Notes under the pieces: model-generated
The model's input: only the letters and a program-made list of their open reading frames with translations
Told to the model about the DNA's origin: nothing
Database searches by the model: none
Shown here: piece after piece, positions 27,926 to 37,186 of the stretch
Numbering within the stretch: position 1 is the first letter of the stretch
How the letters are laid out: each line of letters begins with the position of its first letter
Assembly (NCBI GenBank): GCA_037131675.1
Contig: JBAXQO010000004.1
Location: 1-48,990 of the forward strand
DNA from: a bacterium
Lineage (GTDB): Bacteria; Patescibacteriota; Minisyncoccia; Phycocordibacterales; CAIZIN01
Direction: 5' to 3'
Length of the DNA stretch: 48,990 bases
Translations under genes and position numbers: made by a program

Positions 27926-29137
27926 ATGATTAATTCTACATTTAATTTTTTTACACTCGCCAATAGCTTAAGTGCTTTTAGGTCTCTTCCTCATGTATTT
28001 AGCCTTTTCAGTATAAAGGATGCTATAGATATTTTTATTGTAGCGATATGTATTTATCTTGTTTTAATTTTTATAAAACAAACTCAATCTTTTTTCATTT
28101 TTGGTTCCATAGTTGTTTTATTTGGAATTGATTTCTTGGCTAGAACATTCAATTTGGGTTTAACACGGCAATTATTTCAGCCGCTTCTAACGTTTTTTGT
28201 GGCTATATTCGTTTTGGTATTCCAGCCAGAAATTAGAAAGTTTTTTAAGTGGTTTGCTTCAGGTAGGCGAATGTCTTTCTCAAAAGCGTTAGTGCCCGAT
28301 GACAATGTTCAAACGCTCGTGCGCGCTGCATTTGAGATGGCAAAGAAGAAAATTGGAGCCATTGTTGTGCTTCCTGGGGATTACCCACTTGATGATTTGG
28401 TGGAGGGTGGTTTCCCACTCGAGGGGAAAATTTCTTTTCCACTAATCTTGAGTATTTTCGACCCTACATCACCAGGGCATGACGGAGCTGTGCTTGTGGA
28501 AGGTTCCATCATTAAAGCTTTTGGCTTGCATCTACCTCTTGCTCGTGAATTTTCTGAATACTCTCGTGTAGGAACAAGACACCGTGCTGCCGCGGGGATT
28601 ACGGAGAGAACAGATGCTCTCGCAATTATAGTTTCGGAAGAGCGAGGCGAAGTTTCTATTTCTCGCAGTGGAAAACTTATTAAAATTGATACACCAGAGA
28701 AGCTTGCTGATGCTATTCATGAATTTATGAAAGATGAACCAACACAAGAAGTTCAGCGTAGCTTTTGGCACTACTTTGTGAAGAAAAATGCAGGCTCAAA
28801 AGTTTTTGCTTTTGTAGGTGCAATTGTGTTGTGGTCGGTATTTGTGTATCAAGCTGGGGTGGTAAATCAGGAATATGATGTTCCTATTGAATTTCATTAT
28901 GTGCCAGCAAATCTAACTGTAGCTGAGAGTATTCCGACAAACGTTAAGGTTACTATTTCAGGAAACAATACCGATATAGAAAATTTCAAAGATACAGATC
29001 TTCATGCGATTGTAGATTTGAAAGATGTAAAAGCTGGAAATACGTGGATTAAAATTACAAAGGACAACATAAAAATTCCTTCATATCTTGATCTTACATC
29101 CATAACACCTAAAGATGTTGAAGTAGTTTTGAAGTGA
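27926..29137 (+). CDS. cdaA: Diadenylate cyclase CdaA fused to a TM plus YbbR (CdaR-like) domain
   Basis: VLVFQPEIR, GHDGAVL (DGA), GTRHRAAAGITERTDA (RHR); then a TM and VPIEF...VKVTISG...AIVDL YbbR pattern. Confidence 0.88.
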   Translation: MINSTFNFFTLANSLSAFRSLPHVFSLFSIKDAIDIFIVAICIYLVLIFIKQTQSFFIFGSIVVLFGIDFLARTFNLGLTRQLFQPLLTFFVAIFVLVFQPEIRKFFKWFASGRRMSFSKALVPDDNVQTLVRAAFEMAKKKIGAIVVLPGDYPLDDLVEGGFPLEGKISFPLILSIFDPTSPGHDGAVLVEGSIIKAFGLHLPLAREFSEYSRVGTRHRAAAGITERTDALAIIVSEERGEVSISRSGKLIKIDTPEKLADAIHEFMKDEPTQEVQRSFWHYFVKKNAGSKVFAFVGAIVLWSVFVYQAGVVNQEYDVPIEFHYVPANLTVAESIPTNVKVTISGNNTDIENFKDTDLHAIVDLKDVKAGNTWIKITKDNIKIPSYLDLTSITPKDVEVVLK

Positions 29138-29146
29138 AATAAGTAA

Positions 29147-30322
29147 TTATTTTGTATCCTTAATACGAAGTGCTACTGCTATACCTGAAAGCATGATTCC
29201 TCCCAAGATTAAAAAGGTATATCTTTGGTCTATGAATATAAGTAAGATGCTTCCCAGAAGTGGGCCCAGTATATAACCCATTGGTCCTGCGGTACGAAAT
29301 GTACTTATTAAGTTTTGGTTTGCAGAATTGATTTGTTTGAAAAAATAACTTTCAGTTGTGATTTCAATTAGGCTTGCACCCATGCGTGCGATTAATAATA
29401 TTATCGTCCATAAAATAAAATTATTTCCATGTACGAATGTCATTATGCATAAACCTATTGCGGTGACGATGAAACCCAGAATAAGTATTTCTTTTTCTCC
29501 GAATTTTTTGTCTGCTAATGTTCCTATTGGTATTTCAAGCGTTACAAATGGTAGGAGTGCAATACTAATCATGAGGCCAAGTTGTTGCCAATCAAAGCCT
29601 AATGTTTCGTGTAGATAAATTGGAACATAGATCACAACCCACGAATAAAATATTTGTAAAAGAAGATTTGAAATATAAATATTCCTAATGTCTTTGTTTT
29701 CAATAAAAGTTCGAACGCTGTTTTCGAGATGGATATGGTGATAGTTGTTATCTTTAAGATTTTTAAACCTTCTAGCTACAATATATATGAGTGGCAAAAG
29801 GGTTAAGATTGAAAGTATATATATACTTGAAAAACTTCCTTCAGTAAGAATTGAACCGACAATAATAGGGGACATAACCGCTGTCATATTCATGAGTGTT
29901 AGAAAAATACCACGAATACGACCAGTACCAGCGTTTTCAGAACTGCTTTCAAGAAAGTTGTCTAGGTTAAGAAGGATGAGTGGGTTTATCGAGCTATGAG
30001 CTATAAAAAACAAAATAACCCAGAATGAATTATGTGATGCTATAAGAGATGTTAAAAAAACAACATCGAGGCCCGCCACCCACAGCATTGTGTAATAACT
30101 TCCAAAACGTTCTAAGAATTTTGAAGAATAAAGAAAAAGTATGATACTTACAATTGAACTTGTGGCGTAAATAAGCCCAATTGTGTATGTGTTTGCATAC
30201 TGTTTTAGAAACGACGAATTAATATAGGTCGTAAGATAATAATGAAATGCTAAAAAAAACGTTGCAAGGTAAATATAGGTAAGTGTGTTTACCTTCTTTG
30301 ATTTCAAAAGCAATTTATACAT
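29147..30322 (-). CDS. MFS transporter
   Basis: About 12 TM segments; GTLADKKFGEK MFS motif-A-like loop. Confidence 0.85.
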   Translation of the reverse strand: MYKLLLKSKKVNTLTYIYLATFFLAFHYYLTTYINSSFLKQYANTYTIGLIYATSSIVSIILFLYSSKFLERFGSYYTMLWVAGLDVVFLTSLIASHNSFWVILFFIAHSSINPLILLNLDNFLESSSENAGTGRIRGIFLTLMNMTAVMSPIIVGSILTEGSFSSIYILSILTLLPLIYIVARRFKNLKDNNYHHIHLENSVRTFIENKDIRNIYISNLLLQIFYSWVVIYVPIYLHETLGFDWQQLGLMISIALLPFVTLEIPIGTLADKKFGEKEILILGFIVTAIGLCIMTFVHGNNFILWTIILLIARMGASLIEITTESYFFKQINSANQNLISTFRTAGPMGYILGPLLGSILLIFIDQRYTFLILGGIMLSGIAVALRIKDTK

Positions 30323-30360
30323 CCAGTAATTATATCCAATTCTTCTCTAGCTGTGTATAT

Positions 30361-32400
30361 TTACACTCCAAGAATAACTGGGATAACGATAGGGCGTTTA
30401 GCTGTTTGTTGGAATAGGTATTTACCTACAGCATCTGCGACTTCGTCTTTAACGTAGTCGAAGTTGATCGGATGTTGACCTTGAACGGAGTCTTCAACTG
30501 TTTTTTTGATGATAAAGCGCGCTTGGCGCAGAAGTTCTTGAGATTCGCGCAGGTATACGAATCCACGAGAAATAATATCTGGTGACTTTTTGATTTTGCC
30601 AGTTGTTGTGTTTACACTTGCGACAACAACGAAGATACCATCTTCTGAAAGTGTCTGTCGGTCTCGAATAACTGCTTCTTGAACGTTTCCAATTGAGAAA
30701 CCGTCCACAGCAACGAGTCCATCTCCAGCTTTTTCTTTTCGTACTGATATTTTTTCTCCGTCTGTAATTTCAACAATTGAACAGTCGTCTGGAATTGCAA
30801 TATTTTCTTTGGGTGTTCCAATAGATTCTGCAAGATCTGCATGGAGACGAATGTTGTAGTGGCTTCCATGAACTGGCATGAAGAATTTTGCCTTTATTTT
30901 TTTATGAAGCCACTCGATTTCACCTCGGTTTGCATGACCTGTTGAGTGAATGAACACATCTGATGTTCTATAGTGAATTATTTTAGCACCTTGTCTTGCA
31001 ATATTGTCTTTTAGTTTTGCAACAGATTTTTCATTTCCTGGAATAATAGAAGATGAGAACAAAACAGTGTCTCTGTCGGTAAGGTTAAAATATTTGTGTG
31101 TTTTTGTTGCCATACGCATAAGTGCGGCAAACTCATCTCCTTGTGCCCCTGTGGCCAAAACAACAATTCTATCTGGTGGAAAGTTTGGAATATCTTTTCC
31201 ATCAATAATTGTTCCTTTTTTAACTTCAAGCATTCCTGCAATTTGTGCTATTTCTATGTTTTCTTTCATTGCACGTCCTTCAAGTACGATTTTCTTGCCA
31301 AGATTTTCAGCTATCTGAATGATTTTCATTGTGCGCTGGAATTGAGATGCAAAAGTTCCAATGATCAAGCGTCCTTTTATATCACGTATTATTTTTTCTA
31401 GGTTTTCGTGAACTAGTGATTCTGGGGTAGAGAAGCCAGGGTTTTCTATGTTTGTTGAATCGGCCATTAGGAGTAATGGTTTTTTGTTGTCGAATATTGA
31501 GTACTCGGCTTTTTCTCTGTCTGTTGGTTCTCCATCTACATGTTCAAGTTTGAAGTCTCCTGGTGTTACAATTTGTCCCCATTCTGTATCAATTGCTATA
31601 CCCATTGAGTCTGGAATAGTATGAGTAACACCAAAGAGATGGATGATTGTGTTACCGAGTTTTATTGTGTCGTTTTTTTCAACAATTTTAATATCAAGAG
31701 CTGGTGTATGAGGAAACTCGACTTGTCGTTTCTGTATCATAAGAGCTGTTAGATTTCGCGTGTAGAGTGGCGGATTACCTATGCGAGGCATTACATAAGG
31801 AATACCTCCAATGTGGTCTAGGTGGGCGTGGGTAATCAAAATTCCGCGAATTTTTTCTTTACGCTCCTCGAGATACTGAGTATTTGGAATTATATAGTCA
31901 ATACCTGGTGTATTGCTATCTTTAAATTGGAAACCACAATCGATAAGAATGATATCGTCTTTGTTTTCGATTGCTGTCATATTTCGGCCGATTTCCTCTA
32001 CTCCTCCCAATGGGATTATACGGATTACATTATCCTTTACTACAGGAATATTATCTTTTGCTCGTTGTGGTTGAGTCTGGGGATTTTTTGGAAAAGATGG
32101 CATTTTGGGACGGTGATTTCCACGAGAAAGAGGACGTCTTTGCTGAGTTTGAGTTGGTCGAAAATCATTTGTTCTAGGTGTCTGTGTTTGGTTCTGAACA
32201 CGCTGCATGGTGTGGTGTGGCTGAACCTCTTGTTGTGCTGTACGAATATCTGGCCGACGAGGGTTATTGTTGTACGGAGCTCGATTAGCAGGATTAAATC
32301 TCCTTGGTGCAGGCTGAATACGTGCGTGATAAGGAGCTCGTCTATGTGGCTCTCCTTGGGGGGTAGGGTTTCCTGTTTTTGTATCTGTTGTATCTGTCAT
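30361..32400 (-). CDS. rnj: Ribonuclease J with long N-terminal low-complexity extension
   Basis: IIPLGGVEEIGRNMT, ITHAHLDHIGG, TGAQGDEFAAL, STGHA, PDIISRGFVY. Confidence 0.95.
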   Translation of the reverse strand: MTDTTDTKTGNPTPQGEPHRRAPYHARIQPAPRRFNPANRAPYNNNPRRPDIRTAQQEVQPHHTMQRVQNQTQTPRTNDFRPTQTQQRRPLSRGNHRPKMPSFPKNPQTQPQRAKDNIPVVKDNVIRIIPLGGVEEIGRNMTAIENKDDIILIDCGFQFKDSNTPGIDYIIPNTQYLEERKEKIRGILITHAHLDHIGGIPYVMPRIGNPPLYTRNLTALMIQKRQVEFPHTPALDIKIVEKNDTIKLGNTIIHLFGVTHTIPDSMGIAIDTEWGQIVTPGDFKLEHVDGEPTDREKAEYSIFDNKKPLLLMADSTNIENPGFSTPESLVHENLEKIIRDIKGRLIIGTFASQFQRTMKIIQIAENLGKKIVLEGRAMKENIEIAQIAGMLEVKKGTIIDGKDIPNFPPDRIVVLATGAQGDEFAALMRMATKTHKYFNLTDRDTVLFSSSIIPGNEKSVAKLKDNIARQGAKIIHYRTSDVFIHSTGHANRGEIEWLHKKIKAKFFMPVHGSHYNIRLHADLAESIGTPKENIAIPDDCSIVEITDGEKISVRKEKAGDGLVAVDGFSIGNVQEAVIRDRQTLSEDGIFVVVASVNTTTGKIKKSPDIISRGFVYLRESQELLRQARFIIKKTVEDSVQGQHPINFDYVKDEVADAVGKYLFQQTAKRPIVIPVILGV

Positions 32401-32419
32401 GTTGTTTTTTTATTAAATA

Positions 32420-34162
32420 TTAAATTTTATTAATTTTGTTTTTAAGGTATGAAGGAACAAAAATATTCCACACATGGTCCGTTTGAATGTACCAGTTTTC
32501 AATATCTGAAAATCGATCGCTCGGTGTTATTGTCTTTCCGAATGAAAAACCTTTAATTTCTTCTGGAAGAACATATACGAAATCTGGAGAATATGCGAAT
32601 ACTGCTGGTGTGTCATTTATTATTTCCTTTTCAAATGCTCCATATTTTTGAAGGCGAGTATCTTCATCTGAAATTGTTCTGGCGTCCTCAAGTATTTTGT
32701 CTGTTTTTGCGTTGGTGTACATTGCAATATTAAGACCTGGGTCATTGCGTTGTGAGGAATGCCAGAATGCATAGAGATCTAGGTCGCGGCCGACAATTTC
32801 TCCAAAAAACAACGAGTCGTATTTTCTTGGTCGGATTACTGATTGGTTTAAATCATTCATTTCGAAAACTTTTACATCTATACGTGCTCCAAGTTGTTCC
32901 CATTGTTTTTTTATTATTTCTGCGGCTTGTTTGAGTTCTGGTGCATCTCCTGTTGAAATTGAAAATGAAAGAGTTTCAGTTTTAGTCTTAGACTTTAATT
33001 CATAAATACCATCTTGATTTTTCTTCCATCCTGCTTTTTCGAGAATGGCTTGAGCATATGCAATAGAAGTAACGGTTGGTTCGATTGGTTTCAAATCCGT
33101 AAGACCTTGAGGTATTGGACTTGTAGCTTCGGTCCCAAAACTATGTAGAACTTGGTCAATCAAGGCTTTTCTGTCAATAATAGAATTGAGTACGGTGCGA
33201 ACTTCCTTGTGTGTAAATATTGGGTTGACGTTTTGGTTGAAGTAAACAGCAAATGTTTGAGGTAGGGGATACTGTTCTATTCTAGCACTTGTGAGTTTTA
33301 GTTCTGAAGCAACTTCACCTGAAACAGAATGAAGTGCTGTCACGGTTCCTTTTTTGTAAGCATCCACTAAAGCTGTTTCGTTTGGATAAAATTTAAATAC
33401 AATAGAGTCTATATAAGGATCATTGAGTGTATATTTTCTAAAAGATTGAAGAGTCAGACTATCTGGAATGCCTGAAGTATTTCTGCTCACAGTTCCAATT
33501 TTGTAAGGTCCGGAACCTATTGGTTCTATGTTGAATTGGCTAAATGTAAATTCGTCGATAGATGCATCTTTCCATATATGTTTAGGAAGGATTCCCAAAG
33601 TAGTATTTTCAATAAAAGGAGCATATGGCTGCTTGAGTGTAAATTTAACAGTTTTATCACTTACTTTTTCAGCTTTTACACCATCCCAATTTGCACGCTT
33701 AGGACTTTTCAATGCAGGGTCTTGAGCTTTCTGTATGGTAAATATTACATCGTCGGCGGTGACTGGAGTACCATCTTGAAAGACTGCGTCTTTTTTTATA
33801 TTGAAAGTGTAAGTCTTCCCGTCATCAGAGATTGAGTAATCTTGAGCCAAGTCTCCTACAAGTGAGCCGTCAGGTTTTGCTTTGAGTAGGCCAGAATATA
33901 CCAAAGAAACAAGGTCTCGGTCGGTATCAGAAAATGCTAGCAAGGGATTTATATATCGAGGGGATCCGATTACTCCTTCCGTGAACGTTCCTCCGTGGCG
34001 AGGGATTTCTTTAAGGAAATATGAATCAACAGTGTGTAATATTAGAAAAGCAGAAAACAATGCGGTTGCAGATAAAACCCCAAAAATTATTTTCTCTCCC
34101 AAACTAAATGAGACAAGTGCTGTGCGAATTGAATCGCGTATAGATGCTATTCGATTTTTCAC
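32420..34162 (-). CDS. Family-5 (OppA/DppA-like) ABC substrate-binding protein, membrane anchored
   Basis: INPLLA, VYSGLLK, VTADDVIFT, PIGSGPYK; no permease genes adjacent. Confidence 0.88.
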   Translation of the reverse strand: MKNRIASIRDSIRTALVSFSLGEKIIFGVLSATALFSAFLILHTVDSYFLKEIPRHGGTFTEGVIGSPRYINPLLAFSDTDRDLVSLVYSGLLKAKPDGSLVGDLAQDYSISDDGKTYTFNIKKDAVFQDGTPVTADDVIFTIQKAQDPALKSPKRANWDGVKAEKVSDKTVKFTLKQPYAPFIENTTLGILPKHIWKDASIDEFTFSQFNIEPIGSGPYKIGTVSRNTSGIPDSLTLQSFRKYTLNDPYIDSIVFKFYPNETALVDAYKKGTVTALHSVSGEVASELKLTSARIEQYPLPQTFAVYFNQNVNPIFTHKEVRTVLNSIIDRKALIDQVLHSFGTEATSPIPQGLTDLKPIEPTVTSIAYAQAILEKAGWKKNQDGIYELKSKTKTETLSFSISTGDAPELKQAAEIIKKQWEQLGARIDVKVFEMNDLNQSVIRPRKYDSLFFGEIVGRDLDLYAFWHSSQRNDPGLNIAMYTNAKTDKILEDARTISDEDTRLQKYGAFEKEIINDTPAVFAYSPDFVYVLPEEIKGFSFGKTITPSDRFSDIENWYIQTDHVWNIFVPSYLKNKINKI

Positions 34163-34209
34163 GATAGATAAAAATGCTAGAGAAACAGACGACTGCTTAG
34201 TCGTTTATA

Positions 34210-34440
34210 TTAGTAAAGAAATGAAACGAGCGCTGTTGCTGCAAAAAGTATTGCTAAAACTATGGTTGCATTAAAAAGGAATTTTTCGAAACCTCGGCGT
34301 GTGTGGTATCCGGCTTCAAAACTGTCAGAACCACCAAGGGCTCCACCTATACCTGCTGCACTGTACTGTAAAAGCACGCCCGCAGTAAGAAGTACGGAAA
34401 TAACAATCTGTATGTAAGGCATTATAGTAGCAATACTCAT
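34210..34440 (-). CDS. secG: Preprotein translocase subunit SecG
   Basis: VLLQYSAAGIGGALGGS...TRRGFEKFL; two TM segments. ATG 34440 preferred because track start 34449 abuts a TGcTATACT -10 box. Confidence 0.85.
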   Translation of the reverse strand: MSIATIMPYIQIVISVLLTAGVLLQYSAAGIGGALGGSDSFEAGYHTRRGFEKFLFNATIVLAILFAATALVSFLY

Positions 34441-34629
34441 TTGCACCATAGTATAGCAAAAAGAAGGGTAAATTGCAAATACGGCCAGGGTTATAACCTA
34501 CACTTGATCAAGTGTACCAAAATATATATTTATGTGTTCAAGGGCTTTAATTGCGCGTGCAGCCAAGGCTTTTTCTTTACTCTTATAAACATGTATAATA
34601 TATGAGTTATTAAAGATTAAAAATTATTT

Positions 34630-35187
34630 ATGACTATCTTATATATTGTTCTGGGTATTATTTTACTTTTGATATTGTGGGTGATTGGTTCTTATAACAA
34701 TTTCGTAAGTCTTGTAAACAGGACAAAAGAAGCATGGGCGGATATCGAAGTTCAGCTAAAACGTAGATATGACCTTATCCCAAACTTGGTAAATACTGTA
34801 AAGGGTTATGCAACCCATGAATCTACTGCTTTTGAAAAAGTTTCAGAGGCACGAAGTGCGGCAATGGGGGCGGGAAGTCTTTCAGATAAGGCTCAAGCGG
34901 AAAACAATCTAGCTGGCGCATTGAAATCAGTTTTTGCTATTGCAGAGGCATACCCAGACCTGAAGGCAAATCAAAATTTCCTAGAACTTCAGCGTGAACT
35001 TTCAGACACTGAGAATAAAATTCAAGCAGCAAGAAGGTTTTACAATGGAAATGTTCGAGACTTAAATATTTCAATTGAATCTTTTCCTGGAAACGTTATT
35101 GCAAACACATTCAAGTTTTCAAAAATGGAACTCTTTGACCTTGCCGATAATGATGCAGCTCAACAGCCAGTAGAGGTTAAGTTTTAA
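34630..35187 (+). CDS. lemA: LemA family protein
   Basis: DIEVQLKRRYDLIPNLV, EAYPDLKANQNF, ENKIQAARRFYN. Confidence 0.95.
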   Translation: MTILYIVLGIILLLILWVIGSYNNFVSLVNRTKEAWADIEVQLKRRYDLIPNLVNTVKGYATHESTAFEKVSEARSAAMGAGSLSDKAQAENNLAGALKSVFAIAEAYPDLKANQNFLELQRELSDTENKIQAARRFYNGNVRDLNISIESFPGNVIANTFKFSKMELFDLADNDAAQQPVEVKF

Positions 35188-35193
35188 TTGTTT

Positions 35194-35469
35194 ATGGAAT
35201 CACTTCCACAACAAAAGAGTCAAGAGGAAATTTTAAATAGAGGTCTGGCATATGCACTTAGAGTGGCCCAAGCTGAAAATATAACCGATGAAGAGGCTGT
35301 TATTACTATTGCAAATACTGTTGAAGAAACAATGAGGCTGACTGGTAGGCCAGAATTTATGGATAGTTTGGATCCAGGTACTTTTCATTCTGAAACAAAA
35401 TTCCTTTCAGAAAATGCAAAAAAGAGACTTGGTGAAGGTTTAGAAAGATATATTGCAAAATTCAAATAA
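35194..35469 (+). CDS. Hypothetical protein between lemA and htpX
   Basis: Tightly packed 91-aa ORF (6 nt after lemA, 4 nt before htpX); no family recognised. Confidence 0.65.
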   Translation: MESLPQQKSQEEILNRGLAYALRVAQAENITDEEAVITIANTVEETMRLTGRPEFMDSLDPGTFHSETKFLSENAKKRLGEGLERYIAKFK

Positions 35470-35473
35470 ACAC

Positions 35474-36364
35474 ATGGCAACTCTCTACACTCAACAATCT
35501 AAAAATGTTACTCGCACATGGCTTCTTATGGGGGTGTTTCTTGCGATAATTGTTGCTATCGGATATTTCGTAAGCTACTACTATAATAATCCTGCAATCT
35601 TATACATTGCGATTATTTTCAGTGTTGTGATGAATATTACGAGCTATTGGTTCTCAGATAAAATTGCTCTCGCATCAACCGGTGCTGTGGAAGCAGACGA
35701 AAAAGAATATATAGAGCTTCACAGGATTGTAGAAAATTTGGCGATAACTGCAGGTCTTCCAAAACCAAGAGTGTATATTATAAATGATATGGCACCGAAT
35801 GCTTTTGCAACTGGGCGAGACAAAGAACATGCGGCTGTGGCAGTAACAATAGGACTTTTGCAAATGCTCGACAGAAGCGAGCTTGAAGGTGTAATAGCTC
35901 ATGAACTTTCACATATTGGAAACAGAGATATTTTGCTTTCAACTGTGGTGGTGGTCTTGGTGGGTTTCATTGCAATGCTTTCTGATATGTTTTTGCGAGC
36001 TTCGCTGTTTGGACGCAATCGTGATAGAGAAGAAGGTGGAAACGGAATAATTATGATTGTGGGAATTGTGTTTGTAATACTTTCCCCAATTGTTGCTACA
36101 CTCATCCAGCTTGCAATTTCTCGAAAGAGAGAATTTCTTGCTGACGCTTCTGGCGCACTTCTTACTCGCTACCCGGAAGGGCTTGCAAATGCATTGAAAA
36201 AAATCAGTTCGTATGGCGAGCCTATGCAAAAAGCATCAAATGCTACCGCACATCTTTTCATTTCAAATCCATTTGGAGGAAAAGCAATGAATGGACTCGC
36301 AAAACTTTTCATGACACATCCACCGACAGAGGAAAGGATAAAAGTATTGCTTTCAATTAAGTAA
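35474..36364 (+). CDS. htpX: M48 zinc metalloprotease HtpX
   Basis: PNAFATGR, GVIAHELSH (HEXXH), SRKREFLAD, THPPTEERI. ATG 35474 preferred. Confidence 0.95.
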   Translation: MATLYTQQSKNVTRTWLLMGVFLAIIVAIGYFVSYYYNNPAILYIAIIFSVVMNITSYWFSDKIALASTGAVEADEKEYIELHRIVENLAITAGLPKPRVYIINDMAPNAFATGRDKEHAAVAVTIGLLQMLDRSELEGVIAHELSHIGNRDILLSTVVVVLVGFIAMLSDMFLRASLFGRNRDREEGGNGIIMIVGIVFVILSPIVATLIQLAISRKREFLADASGALLTRYPEGLANALKKISSYGEPMQKASNATAHLFISNPFGGKAMNGLAKLFMTHPPTEERIKVLLSIK

Positions 36365-36461
36365 GACGTAAAATAATTTTTCAATACATTTTTCTCTTTG
36401 GTTGTAGGATTCGGAAGATTTTTCTATACAATAAAGATTCTCCGGGATATAATATTTTCAT

Positions 36462-37184
36462 ATGGAGGAAAATTACATATCCAACGTTCAGGAAAATAAT
36501 AATCCTCCTCTCAATTCAGTAAACCAGAATGTTACAGCGGAAGTCTCTCCGGAGTTTCCCCTCATAAAATATATAATAATATTTTCAGCAGTATTGTTGA
36601 TAATATTTATTGTTGGTATTTTCTTCTTGAAAAAAACGAAATATGTCTCAATGATATCGTCTGATGAATCCATAAAGAATTCTGAGTTGGAAGGTGAGGC
36701 ACCTCAGAAATCAGAACTTCCGTCTGAAATTGTGGTAAGAGACCGAATTAATATACAAAGTTCTAAGCCAGTATCCACTTCCTCTAAATCCGCAACCTAT
36801 GCTTCCACCACAAAAGCAGCTCCTTTGTTGAGGCACTGCTCAAAATATTTTAATGTTTGTATGCTTGATCCAGAAAAAAAATGGGAAATAAAAAATAACA
36901 CGGAAAAAGATTTTGATTTAAGAAACACTAAGAGTCTTACGTCTTTATATTTTGTATATTCCGATATTTTGAAATTGGGGGACCCTGCCAAGAAAGGTTT
37001 TTTCTCCGTTTCTCTGTTAAGGGGAAAAGCTGAGGTATATAAAAGTACTACAAATGGGGTAACACAAGTTATGATTCCTACCCAGTTTGATAAAGATCAT
37101 GTGCTTGTTGTTATATTAAATTCAAATAAAGACATAACAGCAAGTGAAGTCAAAGGTATTTCAGATTCTATCGTAAATAAATAA
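36462..37184 (+). CDS. Single-pass membrane hypothetical protein
   Basis: TM YIIIFSAVLLIIFIVGIFFL then an extracytoplasmic domain; TATAAT 8 nt upstream of the ATG. Confidence 0.75.
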   Translation: MEENYISNVQENNNPPLNSVNQNVTAEVSPEFPLIKYIIIFSAVLLIIFIVGIFFLKKTKYVSMISSDESIKNSELEGEAPQKSELPSEIVVRDRINIQSSKPVSTSSKSATYASTTKAAPLLRHCSKYFNVCMLDPEKKWEIKNNTEKDFDLRNTKSLTSLYFVYSDILKLGDPAKKGFFSVSLLRGKAEVYKSTTNGVTQVMIPTQFDKDHVLVVILNSNKDITASEVKGISDSIVNK

Positions 37185-37186
37185 AT

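Noticed and set aside
29135-29137. Alternative genetic code (TGA=Gly) as in Gracilibacteria/Absconditabacteria
   Set aside because: TGA ends cdaA 9 nt before a convergent gene, and conserved genes read full length under code 11.
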